Shown: positions 24,706 through 32,000 of the stretch, piece after piece
Numbering within the stretch: the first letter of the stretch is position 1
Layout of the letters: every line of letters begins with the position of its first letter
Assembly (NCBI GenBank): GCA_003516025.1
Contig: CP023991.1
Location: 961,374-993,373, forward strand
DNA length: 32,000 nucleotides
Source of the DNA: Candidatus Saccharimonadota bacterium
GTDB taxonomy: Bacteria > Patescibacteriota > Saccharimonadia > Saccharimonadales > UBA4665
Direction: 5' to 3'
The notes under the pieces: model-generated
The model's input: the letters and a program-made list of their open reading frames with translations, nothing else
What the model was told of the DNA's origin: nothing
Databases searched by the model: none
Made by a program: the position numbers and the translations under genes

Positions 24706-27700
24706 TTACTTCAAGTCGTAACGCCAATTTAAAATGATATCTTGACTCAAATCATTTTCATCAGATAAGGTGAACATGTTATCTGATATCGTACCAAGGT
24801 TCCATATAAGTGCACCATCTAACTCATTGGCCATAATGGAATTGCGAGCATTTTGGAAGAACACCCGCCTATCGGATTCAGTACCCACGTTAAGGTCGTA
24901 GCCAATTTCTCCAACATAAAATGGTTTGTTATATTTATCCGCCAACTCACGCCACGTATGGAGAGCTGTCCCTAGCGCGCCATAATTAACATTACTTTCA
25001 GCAGCACTGCCAAGGTATTTGCTATATACGTGGCCGCTGCATAACGTAATTACTTCCAACGTACATATATCTTCTATGGAACTGCCATGACGCTCATTAT
25101 ACGGCTGCCCAGTATAGTTACTAGTAAATCCTTCCGTTCCTGGGGATATCAAGTGCTTCTGGTCTATACTCGATACATACTGTCCAATCTCTTCAGTCCA
25201 TGCCGTAAGCTTTACGGAATCCTGCTGTCCTTCAATTCTAGGCTCGTTAATTAATTCCCATGCGGCAATAGTGCCTTGGTCTTTCAACTTTAACCCGTTA
25301 TAGGCAGACCTATGTTCCAATATATGGCTGATATGTTCTTTATATAAATCCTTAGATGCTGTTGTAGTGAAAAAGGTTTGCGCGTTACCATTGGTACTAA
25401 AGTTATCGGGGCCTCCATAATCGTTATAGGTATTACCGAAGACGCATACAATTTTTACGCCGCTTAGTTCAGCTCTCTCAATGAGGTAATCCATCTTTGC
25501 TAGCTCAGCATCAGTTAACTTTCCACCTTTGTCGAAGCACCATATACGCATCGTATTAAGGTTAGCCTTTTCGAGTACCCTCAAGCGTTGGTCAATAACC
25601 TCAACAGGTTGAGAGAGCACATCGTATGAATTCATGCCACTCATGACAAACGGCTTACCGCGCAAGGACAGGTGTTGGCCAGACCGCTGGATAAAATGTG
25701 GGTTTAAATCTTTCTTTTTATAAACATACAGGTAGCCTGCCCGATACACATTAACGAATTTCTGATCTAATAAATCTTTGCGCTTAAGGTTTTTCCATAT
25801 AGCGTCGGTGTCTGATTTTTGCAAGACAATCCACTCGGCATGCTTAGCCGGGTCGTCAAAACTTTCATTCCAATACGGTTTGTTGCCTGAACCAATAAAA
25901 CTTTGCATAGGAACGCCAGATTCTACCGGCCCAATAGGACGCCTATAGTCATCCATAAGCACTAGACCCTTATCATAGTGGTCACGCATATACTCTTCGA
26001 CCTCAGGAGAGTCGGGGCCCTTAGAAACCGCTTGTGATGAAAGTCCCCTCGTGCCGTCTACATATGTGATAACCGTGTCTGTCTTTATAAACATAAAAGC
26101 TTGAATACCTATAATCATAATTATTATGGGTATCAATTTTTTGAACCTTGCCCCAAGGAAAGCAGCAAATATAGCGATGAATAGCAGAATTTGTAAACCG
26201 TACCGCGTGTTAGAAATAGTGTACTTTGCGTCTTCTGCGGCGAATGTAGGTAGTATAAGACTTGCTTGCCCAATATACAGAGAAAGAACATAAAAAAACA
26301 CGGGGGTTAACATTAAAATAATAATTAAAAGGTACCGCATTTGTTTTTGAGATACAACTTTATACGTAAAGAAGCCCAATCCACACAATGCAAGCAGCAC
26401 AACTGGTAATCCAACGACCAGCCTAATATCCTCTAGGAAGTAAACTATTGATTTTGTAAAATTATGATAAGTAGGTAAATATCCGTTGTTTAAAAAGAAT
26501 AGCTGCTGTTCCTTGGAACCGTAGACACTTTCCGAAAAATATAAAAAAGAATTAAATATAACTTTATTCCATATAAGCCAAAGCAAAATCCCCATAAATG
26601 CAATGAAAGAATATAAGAAAATCGTACCCTCAACAATTTTGTAGGATACCTTTTTGAGGACAAGGAATAATGCAATACAAGCCACCTCGATACACACAAG
26701 AGCCCACCCATCATAACGCGACAGACTGGCCAGAGCGGTAAACACAGAGGCAAGTACTAAGTGCAAAAGATTCTGGGTTTTAAGCCACTTGGTAAAAAAG
26801 TATACCGATGAGGTAAACATGCTCAAAAGCAATATTTCTGTCATAGGTGTGGTTGCCAAATATACAGAATTAGGATTTAACAAAACTACCAAAGGAGCTA
26901 TGTAGCTTGCCGTAAAGTTTTTGGTCACTTCGTATGCTAGACGATACAACGTAACACACAGAAAAACGAATGCGGCAACGGATACTATACTGCCGCCAAT
27001 TCCGCTACGCCAAAGCGGATCAAACGCGACAAAGGGCGCCATTAAAATATGGGGGAGCGGAAGCCATATCCCCCCTAGTTGGGCTGCACCTGCAGTAAGA
27101 CTATCAGTAACTCGTTTAGCGATGTTAAGGTGAGCTTCGGCGTCACCATAAGCCAAAATAACATTATTATGATACGCCCATGCAGTTGCAACCACAGCAA
27201 CAGCCAGTGAAAGCAAAAACACCACTCTTATATTTAATTTCATACGAGCGCGTTCAGACCGGAGAAGCACCCAACGCAATGTATAAAATTCCTTAACGGC
27301 TCTCTTTATGACATCAGCGTTTCCACCTGTCGACTCGCCTGCCATTCTTGGCTTGTGAGTGACGGGTACTTGCTTTATGGGCATCTTGGCAACTTTGGCG
27401 CGATGCAGAATCTCCGTGTTAATCATCGCACTCTCAGATAGCAACTCCAGCTCATGTAAGCGCGTCCGCTTCATAAGCTTAAAAGCACAGTCAACGTCTT
27501 TTACTTTAATACCAAAGAATATACGTGCGGCTATATTGAATATACCAGCATTTAATTTACGCCTAAATGAGTCCTTGCGGTCGCTTCTTTTTCCTATTAT
27601 AAAATCGAACGAATCAGAGAATGCCACTAACCTGCTAATTTCATGTAATTCAAACTGACCATCAGCATCCGTAAAGAAAACCCAATCATTTTTTGCAGAA

Positions 27701-27984
27701 TCTAATCCTTTGCGCACAGTTGGCCCGTAGCCAATATTCACTTCATTGTTAATTAACCGCACATGGGGATTATGCAACGCGTATTGTTCAACAAGCTCAC
27801 CGGTGGCGTCTTTGCTACCATCGTTAACGACAATGATTTCATATTGCTCAGTTACAGTCTGAGCACTCTTAACTGCGTCTTCAAGAACGGCAACTATGTT
27901 TTCCGACTCATTATATGCCGGCAGGACTATAGACAGTGAGCCGAGTGTTTTAGGTCGCTGGTAAGTTAGTTGATCGGTGGCCAT
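24706..27984 (-). CDS. Triple-domain fusion: GT2 polyprenol-phosphate-sugar-synthase-like domain + multi-pass GT-C (PMT/ArnT-like) membrane domain + GH5 (beta-mannanase-like) glycoside hydrolase domain
   Basis: The track ORF extends to 28134, but its first 50 codons overlap the upstream gene. The ATG at 27984 (MATDQLTYQ...) overlaps the upstream stop as TAATG and is preceded by GGGGAG. The GT2 domain spans about 27250-27945 (LSIVLPAYNESENI, VVNDGSKDAT, FTDADGQ, DCAFKL). Roughly 12-13 hydrophobic helices span about 26090-27243, with YGDAEAH in the first loop. The GH5 domain spans about 24706-25675 (NTMRIWCFD, AWELINEPR with Glu at 25243-25245, HLISPGTEGF, FYVGEIGYD with Glu at 24907-24909). 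Confidence 0.8.
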   Translation of the reverse strand: MATDQLTYQRPKTLGSLSIVLPAYNESENIVAVLEDAVKSAQTVTEQYEIIVVNDGSKDATGELVEQYALHNPHVRLINNEVNIGYGPTVRKGLDSAKNDWVFFTDADGQFELHEISRLVAFSDSFDFIIGKRSDRKDSFRRKLNAGIFNIAARIFFGIKVKDVDCAFKLMKRTRLHELELLSESAMINTEILHRAKVAKMPIKQVPVTHKPRMAGESTGGNADVIKRAVKEFYTLRWVLLRSERARMKLNIRVVFLLSLAVAVVATAWAYHNNVILAYGDAEAHLNIAKRVTDSLTAGAAQLGGIWLPLPHILMAPFVAFDPLWRSGIGGSIVSVAAFVFLCVTLYRLAYEVTKNFTASYIAPLVVLLNPNSVYLATTPMTEILLLSMFTSSVYFFTKWLKTQNLLHLVLASVFTALASLSRYDGWALVCIEVACIALFLVLKKVSYKIVEGTIFLYSFIAFMGILLWLIWNKVIFNSFLYFSESVYGSKEQQLFFLNNGYLPTYHNFTKSIVYFLEDIRLVVGLPVVLLALCGLGFFTYKVVSQKQMRYLLIIILMLTPVFFYVLSLYIGQASLILPTFAAEDAKYTISNTRYGLQILLFIAIFAAFLGARFKKLIPIIIMIIGIQAFMFIKTDTVITYVDGTRGLSSQAVSKGPDSPEVEEYMRDHYDKGLVLMDDYRRPIGPVESGVPMQSFIGSGNKPYWNESFDDPAKHAEWIVLQKSDTDAIWKNLKRKDLLDQKFVNVYRAGYLYVYKKKDLNPHFIQRSGQHLSLRGKPFVMSGMNSYDVLSQPVEVIDQRLRVLEKANLNTMRIWCFDKGGKLTDAELAKMDYLIERAELSGVKIVCVFGNTYNDYGGPDNFSTNGNAQTFFTTTASKDLYKEHISHILEHRSAYNGLKLKDQGTIAAWELINEPRIEGQQDSVKLTAWTEEIGQYVSSIDQKHLISPGTEGFTSNYTGQPYNERHGSSIEDICTLEVITLCSGHVYSKYLGSAAESNVNYGALGTALHTWRELADKYNKPFYVGEIGYDLNVGTESDRRVFFQNARNSIMANELDGALIWNLGTISDNMFTLSDENDLSQDIILNWRYDLK

Positions 27985-29363
27985 TACTCCCCTGCCTTTT
28001 GTAAATGTAAACCATGTGTAGTTTTCTCCCAGTAATGTGGTTTGACTATGAGCTGATAAAACGCGTACATAGCAGCAATTGACATCATGAGCCAATAAAA
28101 CGGCACAATGACTACGAATTTTATTAAATTCCACTGTCCTCTTTGGGCGGTTCCCAGCATAAAATAATAAAGATACAGTAAATTACCTATAACTAATGTG
28201 ATAAGGGCAATATAGAATACTGGCGCCGGATATACACTCTCAATAGCTTCCCCCACCAAAGGCTTAAGTATAAAATAAGAGATGGTCAAAAGCCACATTA
28301 AGGGATTCGCTAGAATTGAAAGTACTTTGCCACCAACAACAAGATAAAATGTGAAGATATGCAGGTCGAATGGATGCTTCTGAATTTGCCGCGGCTGGCG
28401 GGTGTGTACCAGAAAAGTTTGCATATAGCCTTTAAGCCATCGAGACCGCTGCCGTAGCCAGTTACCGAATTTACTGTTGGCTTCCTCGAGCGTATACGAA
28501 TCAAGAATACCAGTCCTAAATCCTTGCTTATATAGTCTTATGCCGAGGTCACAGTCCTCGGTAACATTGTAAGGGTCCCAACCAAAAAGACCTTTCAGTA
28601 CATATGTCTTAAAATGGTTAGAAGTACCACCTAAAGGAACTGGTCCTTTTATATTCTGTAGTCCAACCAAAGTTAAATTAAACCATAGGGAGTATTCTGC
28701 AGTGAACATACGAGTTAAAAGGTTTTGATTAGCATTATAAAAATTTAATTTTGCTTGTACGCATGCAATATCACCAGGTGCGTTTTCAAACGCTATGACA
28801 GCTTTTTTTATTTGGTCTGGCTCGGGAATATCTTCTGCATCATATATAACACAATATTCCGATTCAGTGAGGCTGAGCCCGTAGTTACACGCCTTAGGTT
28901 TGGTTTTTGGCAAGCTATGTGGAACAACGACTATTTCAAAATGTTTCTCGAGATTTAGAGACTTTGCCGCACCGATAGTTTCCACGTCATCCTCTTCTAG
29001 TAAAAGCATGATGCGTAATTTCTCTTTAGGGTAATTTAGGTTGTTCATGGCTTCGGTGAACTGCCTCAATACTGATATCTCTTTATATAACGGACAGAAG
29101 ACTGTATATGTCGGCCACTCTCTTTCTATGGTAATTTCGCTTTTTGAAATTTTAAATTCAGAGCTGTTGTGAAGGCTAGAACCTACTAAGAACAGATTAA
29201 AGAGCATATCTGCGAAATAAAGAATACTTATGAGAGCAACGGCTATGGTTATGGTAAGAATAGGTCCGAGCGTAAGGCTGGACGCAATAAACAGTACGAT
29301 AAAAAATGGCAATATGAGTGCCTGCCAAAGCGTAAATGTCTTAAATGCTGAACTGTTTTTCAT
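27984..29363 (-). CDS. Processive family-2 glycosyltransferase (membrane-embedded synthase with D,D,D,Q(R)xRW motifs)
   Basis: 459-aa ORF with two N-terminal TM helices, a cytoplasmic GT-A domain (TVFCPLYKE..., VIYDAEDIPEPDQ, FTAEY, GGTSNHF) and RQRSRW at 28437-28454, followed by about four C-terminal TM helices. This architecture is typical of cellulose, chitin, hyaluronan or (gluco)mannan synthase-like enzymes, or of processive glycolipid synthases. Confidence 0.8.
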   Translation of the reverse strand: MKNSSAFKTFTLWQALILPFFIVLFIASSLTLGPILTITIAVALISILYFADMLFNLFLVGSSLHNSSEFKISKSEITIEREWPTYTVFCPLYKEISVLRQFTEAMNNLNYPKEKLRIMLLLEEDDVETIGAAKSLNLEKHFEIVVVPHSLPKTKPKACNYGLSLTESEYCVIYDAEDIPEPDQIKKAVIAFENAPGDIACVQAKLNFYNANQNLLTRMFTAEYSLWFNLTLVGLQNIKGPVPLGGTSNHFKTYVLKGLFGWDPYNVTEDCDLGIRLYKQGFRTGILDSYTLEEANSKFGNWLRQRSRWLKGYMQTFLVHTRQPRQIQKHPFDLHIFTFYLVVGGKVLSILANPLMWLLTISYFILKPLVGEAIESVYPAPVFYIALITLVIGNLLYLYYFMLGTAQRGQWNLIKFVVIVPFYWLMMSIAAMYAFYQLIVKPHYWEKTTHGLHLQKAGE

Positions 29364-29459
29364 TATTTACAAACTAGTTAATACAACAATATCATTAAGA
29401 AATACTTTTGTCACATTTTCGTACTTACAGCGTACGCTATTGCATAGTCTTTTGATGCG

Positions 29460-30020
29460 TTACTTGCCAGAGTTCTGTTTGAACCACTCTAAATAGTGCT
29501 GCAGCTCAGCAATTGAGGCCTGAATATCATCGAAGGCGCGGTGTACATTGGCCTTTTCGAAATCAACACCGTAGCGGCCCTGCATATATATTTTCCACGA
29601 ACTGACATCGAGCATACGGTAATGCAGTTTGAGGTCAAGCTGCGGCCACCATTCGGAAATAAACTTCCGGTCATTGTAGATAGAGTTTCCTGCCAACACG
29701 GCGGGTTCGCGGCCAAATTCCTTCTCCACAAAGGCAATCATATCCTGCTCGACTTCACTGCTCAGTTTCCCCTGATCCAGCTTATTGACGAACTCATCGC
29801 GGTTTTCCGGATAATCGGCCCACCAGATATTCTTTTGCATACGATCGAGTACCGTTTCGCGCGGTTGGCGTAGCCGGGCCTCGTAGCGGGCCAAGGTTTT
29901 AAATTCAAAATCAGTTATTTCAGCTGCCACTTCCAGAATAACGTCCTGTTGCGGATCGAGCCCGGTCATTTCCAGATCAACCCACAGCAGCTTGGTCGGG
30001 AGTATAGTCTTGTCTATCAT
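29460..30020 (-). CDS. orn: Oligoribonuclease (DEDDh 3'-5' exoribonuclease)
   Basis: 186-aa ORF with LLWVDLEMTGLDPQQDVILEVAAEITD (Exo I), GNSIYNDRKFI (Exo II) and HRAFDDIQASIAEL (Exo III, His type). The match to Orn is very close. Confidence 0.9.
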   Translation of the reverse strand: MIDKTILPTKLLWVDLEMTGLDPQQDVILEVAAEITDFEFKTLARYEARLRQPRETVLDRMQKNIWWADYPENRDEFVNKLDQGKLSSEVEQDMIAFVEKEFGREPAVLAGNSIYNDRKFISEWWPQLDLKLHYRMLDVSSWKIYMQGRYGVDFEKANVHRAFDDIQASIAELQHYLEWFKQNSGK

Positions 30021-30060
30021 ATGCCTCTTTCGTTTCCCTTATTATATCCCGAACAGAGGT

Positions 30061-30095
30061 AAATAAAAACTCCGGCCACTCATGATGGCCGGAGT
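30061..30095 (-). terminator. Rho-independent terminator downstream of the FMN-reductase gene
   Basis: A perfect 10-bp stem ACTCCGGCCA/TGGCCGGAGT (30069-30078 / 30086-30095) encloses a 7-nt loop. On the minus strand it is followed by TTTTTATTT (30068-30061). Confidence 0.8.
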
Positions 30096-30116
30096 TAGGA
30101 GTGCGCTTACAGTAGA

Positions 30117-30704
30117 TTAGGCTTCTTGAGCGCGGGCAGCGGCAAGTGCGTCGCTGTACCACTTAAGCTCAGCCAGCATGCCGTCGAGCTGCGCCTGCGG
30201 GCCGTATGGGTTAGCCTTAAGGGCTTCGCTGAGGTTACCATCGTCGTCGATACCTTCGCTGACGCCATGGAAGGCTACAAAGCTAGGGATTGGCACAGTC
30301 TTACCTTCGCTCAGGATTTCCTTGAGGTGCATAGCTGCGCGCGCGCCGCCAACCGTACCGTGCGATACGATAGCCGACGGCTTGCGGTTCATCTGGAAGT
30401 CCAGGTAGTCAAAGGCGTTCTTGAGCACACCGGGGATCGAGTGATTGTATTCAGGAGTTACAAAGATGTAGGCGTCCTGCTCGGCCAGTTTGTCCAAAAA
30501 TTTCTGAGCGGTTTCGTCAACAACGCGGTTCGGGTTGTACCGTGGTGAAATCGGCTCCGCGAAAAATGGCATCGGGTAATCGGCCAAGTCGATAATCTCG
30601 ACGTCTACGTCTTCAAGCTTCGCGGCCGTAGTAGCAACCCACTGTGCCTGCTTTGGTGTCTGGCGTCCTTCACGGGTCGTACCGACAACTATACCTACCT
30701 TCAT
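30117..30704 (-). CDS. NAD(P)H-dependent FMN reductase-family oxidoreductase
   Basis: The track ORF extends to 30806. The true start is most likely the ATG at 30704 (MKVGIVVGTTREGRQT...), preceded by GGAGGAAAC. TPEYNHSIPGVLKNAFD is the family signature. Confidence 0.85.
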   Translation of the reverse strand: MKVGIVVGTTREGRQTPKQAQWVATTAAKLEDVDVEIIDLADYPMPFFAEPISPRYNPNRVVDETAQKFLDKLAEQDAYIFVTPEYNHSIPGVLKNAFDYLDFQMNRKPSAIVSHGTVGGARAAMHLKEILSEGKTVPIPSFVAFHGVSEGIDDDGNLSEALKANPYGPQAQLDGMLAELKWYSDALAAARAQEA

Positions 30705-30740
30705 GTTTCCTCCTGTATGGTGTTTATGATAGAAATTTGA

Positions 30741-30771
30741 TACTATAAATAGTATAGTAATCTTTAGTATA
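30741..30771. promoter_or_regulatory. AT-rich divergent promoter/operator region with repeated TAGTATA motifs
   Basis: TACTATA is at 30741-30747. TAGTATA occurs at 30750-30756 and again at 30765-30771, a 15-nt spacing. ACTAT-AA-ATAGT forms a small inverted repeat. The region lies between the divergently transcribed HxlR regulator and FMN reductase genes. Confidence 0.35.
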
Positions 30772-30796
30772 AGGCCATTGCTATACAAAGTAAAGT

Positions 30797-31135
30797 ATGA
30801 AAACAATTACACAACCACCAACTTTGGAATCTCACGTCGGCTGCATCGCTGCCGCTATGGAGATTATCGGTAACAAGTGGACCGCCCTGCTGCTACGTGA
30901 TCTCACCAGCGGCCCTAAGCGCTTTAGCGAGCTCGAACGCTCCCTAAACGGCATCAGCCCGCGCACCCTGTCACAGCGTATGGACGACCTGGAAGCTAAC
31001 GGCATCGTTACCCGCCAGACCTACGCCGAAGTACCGCCACGCTGCGAATACAGCCTGACCGACAAAGGCCACGACCTGGTGCCTATCCTCAAACAAATGG
31101 CTGTTTGGGGCGAAAAGTATTACCAGTCCAAATAG
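30797..31135 (+). CDS. HxlR-family winged-helix transcriptional regulator
   Basis: 112-aa ORF in which IIGNKWTALLLRDL..GPKRFSELERSL.GISPRTLSQRMDDLEANGIV.R......PPR.EYSLT.KG..L is the HxlR-family pattern. Confidence 0.85.
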   Translation: MKTITQPPTLESHVGCIAAAMEIIGNKWTALLLRDLTSGPKRFSELERSLNGISPRTLSQRMDDLEANGIVTRQTYAEVPPRCEYSLTDKGHDLVPILKQMAVWGEKYYQSK

Positions 31136-31546
31136 TTATTTTTTCTCGAAATCCAGTGAAACCGAGTTGATGCAGTAATGCTTCCCGTTTGGGCTGGTCG
31201 GATCATCGAATAAGTGGCCCAGGTGGCTGCCACAAGTAGCACAGACCGCCTCGGTACGTTCCATGCCCAGGCTGCTGTCGGGCATCAGTTTTACCGCTCC
31301 CTCGTCGGCAGCATCAGAAAAGCTTGGCCAGCCGATCAGTCCGGGCATTGTTGACTCGTATTTGCTGTCACTCTTGAACACCACCGCGCCGCAGGCAGCA
31401 CAGGTGTAGTTACCGGCGTCTTCGTTGTATAGCAGTTTACCGGTTCCGGGAATTTCGGTTCCCTTTTCGCGCAGCACATGGTACTGCTCCGGGCTCAGTT
31501 TCTGTTTCCAGTCGTCTTCGGTCATACTCGTCGCGTCTATTGCCAT
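31136..31546 (-). CDS. msrB: Peptide-methionine (R)-S-oxide reductase MsrB
   Basis: 136-aa ORF with both zinc-binding CxxC pairs (CAACG, CATCG), GWPSF, HLGHLFDD, and the catalytic Cys in HYCINS. Confidence 0.93.
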   Translation of the reverse strand: MAIDATSMTEDDWKQKLSPEQYHVLREKGTEIPGTGKLLYNEDAGNYTCAACGAVVFKSDSKYESTMPGLIGWPSFSDAADEGAVKLMPDSSLGMERTEAVCATCGSHLGHLFDDPTSPNGKHYCINSVSLDFEKK

Positions 31547-31560
31547 AGCGCCCCCTTTCG

Positions 31561-31944
31561 TTATTTCTTCTTTTTCTTGTCGTCTTTAGCAGGTTCTGCC
31601 ACTACTTCTTTCGGCTTTTGCAGTCTATCAAGTTTTAAGATTTTTATCAGTGCGTAAATCGTACCGAGCACAATAATAAGGTTTAGCAGCGTATAGACCA
31701 TATCACCCCATTTAAAGACTTCGCCACGGCCATGGAACTGCCAATAAAAGGTGCGCTCACTGAGCTTAACGCCACCAAAGAATAGTTTAGTCGCCGGGTC
31801 GATAAAGTCGGCGATCAGCTGCTTAACCACAGCCTGAGCCTGCGAACCGGCTACAAAACCGATCGCCAGCCCCACGATACCATTATCACGCAGAAAGTTT
31901 ACAAAGCCGCCAAACTGGGCCTTGACGACGTCGTCGGTATCCAT
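31561..31944 (-). CDS. mscL: Large-conductance mechanosensitive channel MscL
   Basis: 127-aa ORF. FVNFLRDNGIVGLAIGFVAGSQAQAVVKQLIADFIDP matches the MscL TM1/periplasmic-loop pattern. A second TM helix and a Lys-rich C-terminus are present. The reading frame stays open upstream to the window edge, so the start is not fully certain. Confidence 0.85.
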   Translation of the reverse strand: MDTDDVVKAQFGGFVNFLRDNGIVGLAIGFVAGSQAQAVVKQLIADFIDPATKLFFGGVKLSERTFYWQFHGRGEVFKWGDMVYTLLNLIIVLGTIYALIKILKLDRLQKPKEVVAEPAKDDKKKKK

Positions 31945-32000
31945 AAGTACCTGGACGCTCGGCTTCGGAAGGTGTTTACGGCCATTGCCTTTAACGTGAG

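Noticed and set aside
27985-28134. A 50-codon N-terminal extension of the GT2/GT-C/GH5 ORF as listed in the track (start at 28134).
   Set aside because: The extension overlaps the 3' end of the upstream synthase gene in another frame. It encodes no GT2 sequence. An ATG at 27984 with an upstream GGGGAG and a TAATG stop/start overlap is a much better start.
30705-30806. A 34-codon N-terminal extension of the FMN-reductase ORF (MFSYFTLYSNGLILKITILF...).
   Set aside because: It runs through the AT-rich divergent promoter region and overlaps the HxlR start. The family normally starts at MK(V/I)xxIxGS, which matches the ATG at 30704 preceded by GGAGG.
31945-32000. An in-frame open reading frame continuing upstream of the mscL ATG to the window edge.
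   Set aside because: MscL homology begins right after the ATG at 31944. The upstream residues (HVKGNGRKHLPKPSVQVL) look like the tail or intergenic read-through of a different upstream gene. This cannot be resolved without sequence beyond the window.

Overview
The window is a densely packed, mostly minus-strand block of bacterial housekeeping genes. Most of it is about 50-60% G+C, with very short or overlapping intergenic regions. From left to right it holds: a family-4 UDG (partial), two tiny membrane proteins, pnp, rpsO, a lipoprotein, an orphan HExxH protein, truB, a DHH-like protein, rpsT, a second orphan HExxH protein, holA, a fused otsA-otsB, fpg/mutM, a hypothetical, a DUF721/DciA-like ORF, a HAD hydrolase, a membrane-anchored protein, polA, a P-loop kinase, a membrane protein, rpoD, dnaG, a membrane-anchored protein, a YjbR-family protein, a two-gene glycosyltransferase island, orn, an FMN reductase, an HxlR regulator, msrB and mscL. 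I found no rRNA, tRNA, CRISPR array, transposase or integrase. The streamlining, the many orphan envelope proteins and the eroded catalytic or metal-binding motifs fit a small-genome, possibly episymbiotic lineage (CPR/Patescibacteria, Saccharibacteria-like). That assignment is a guess and cannot be proven from the sequence alone. The best candidate for a novel system is the low-GC island at about 24.6-29.5 kb. It encodes a processive GT2 synthase (D,D,D,QxxRW) translationally coupled (TAATG) to one roughly 1090-aa polypeptide. That polypeptide fuses a polyprenol-phosphate-sugar-synthase-like GT2 domain, a multi-pass GT-C-like membrane domain and a GH5 (beta-mannanase-like) domain. Secondary leads: (1) DnaG has all four zinc-ribbon ligands substituted, and Fpg lacks the fourth zinc-finger Cys. 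(2) The DHH-like protein has eroded catalytic motifs and a roughly 310-aa Pro-rich tail. (3) The two orphan HExxH proteins share an identical 13-nt promoter-region motif at the same distance from their start codons. (4) A -10-like box recurs 5-9 nt upstream of start codons, which suggests leaderless mRNAs.
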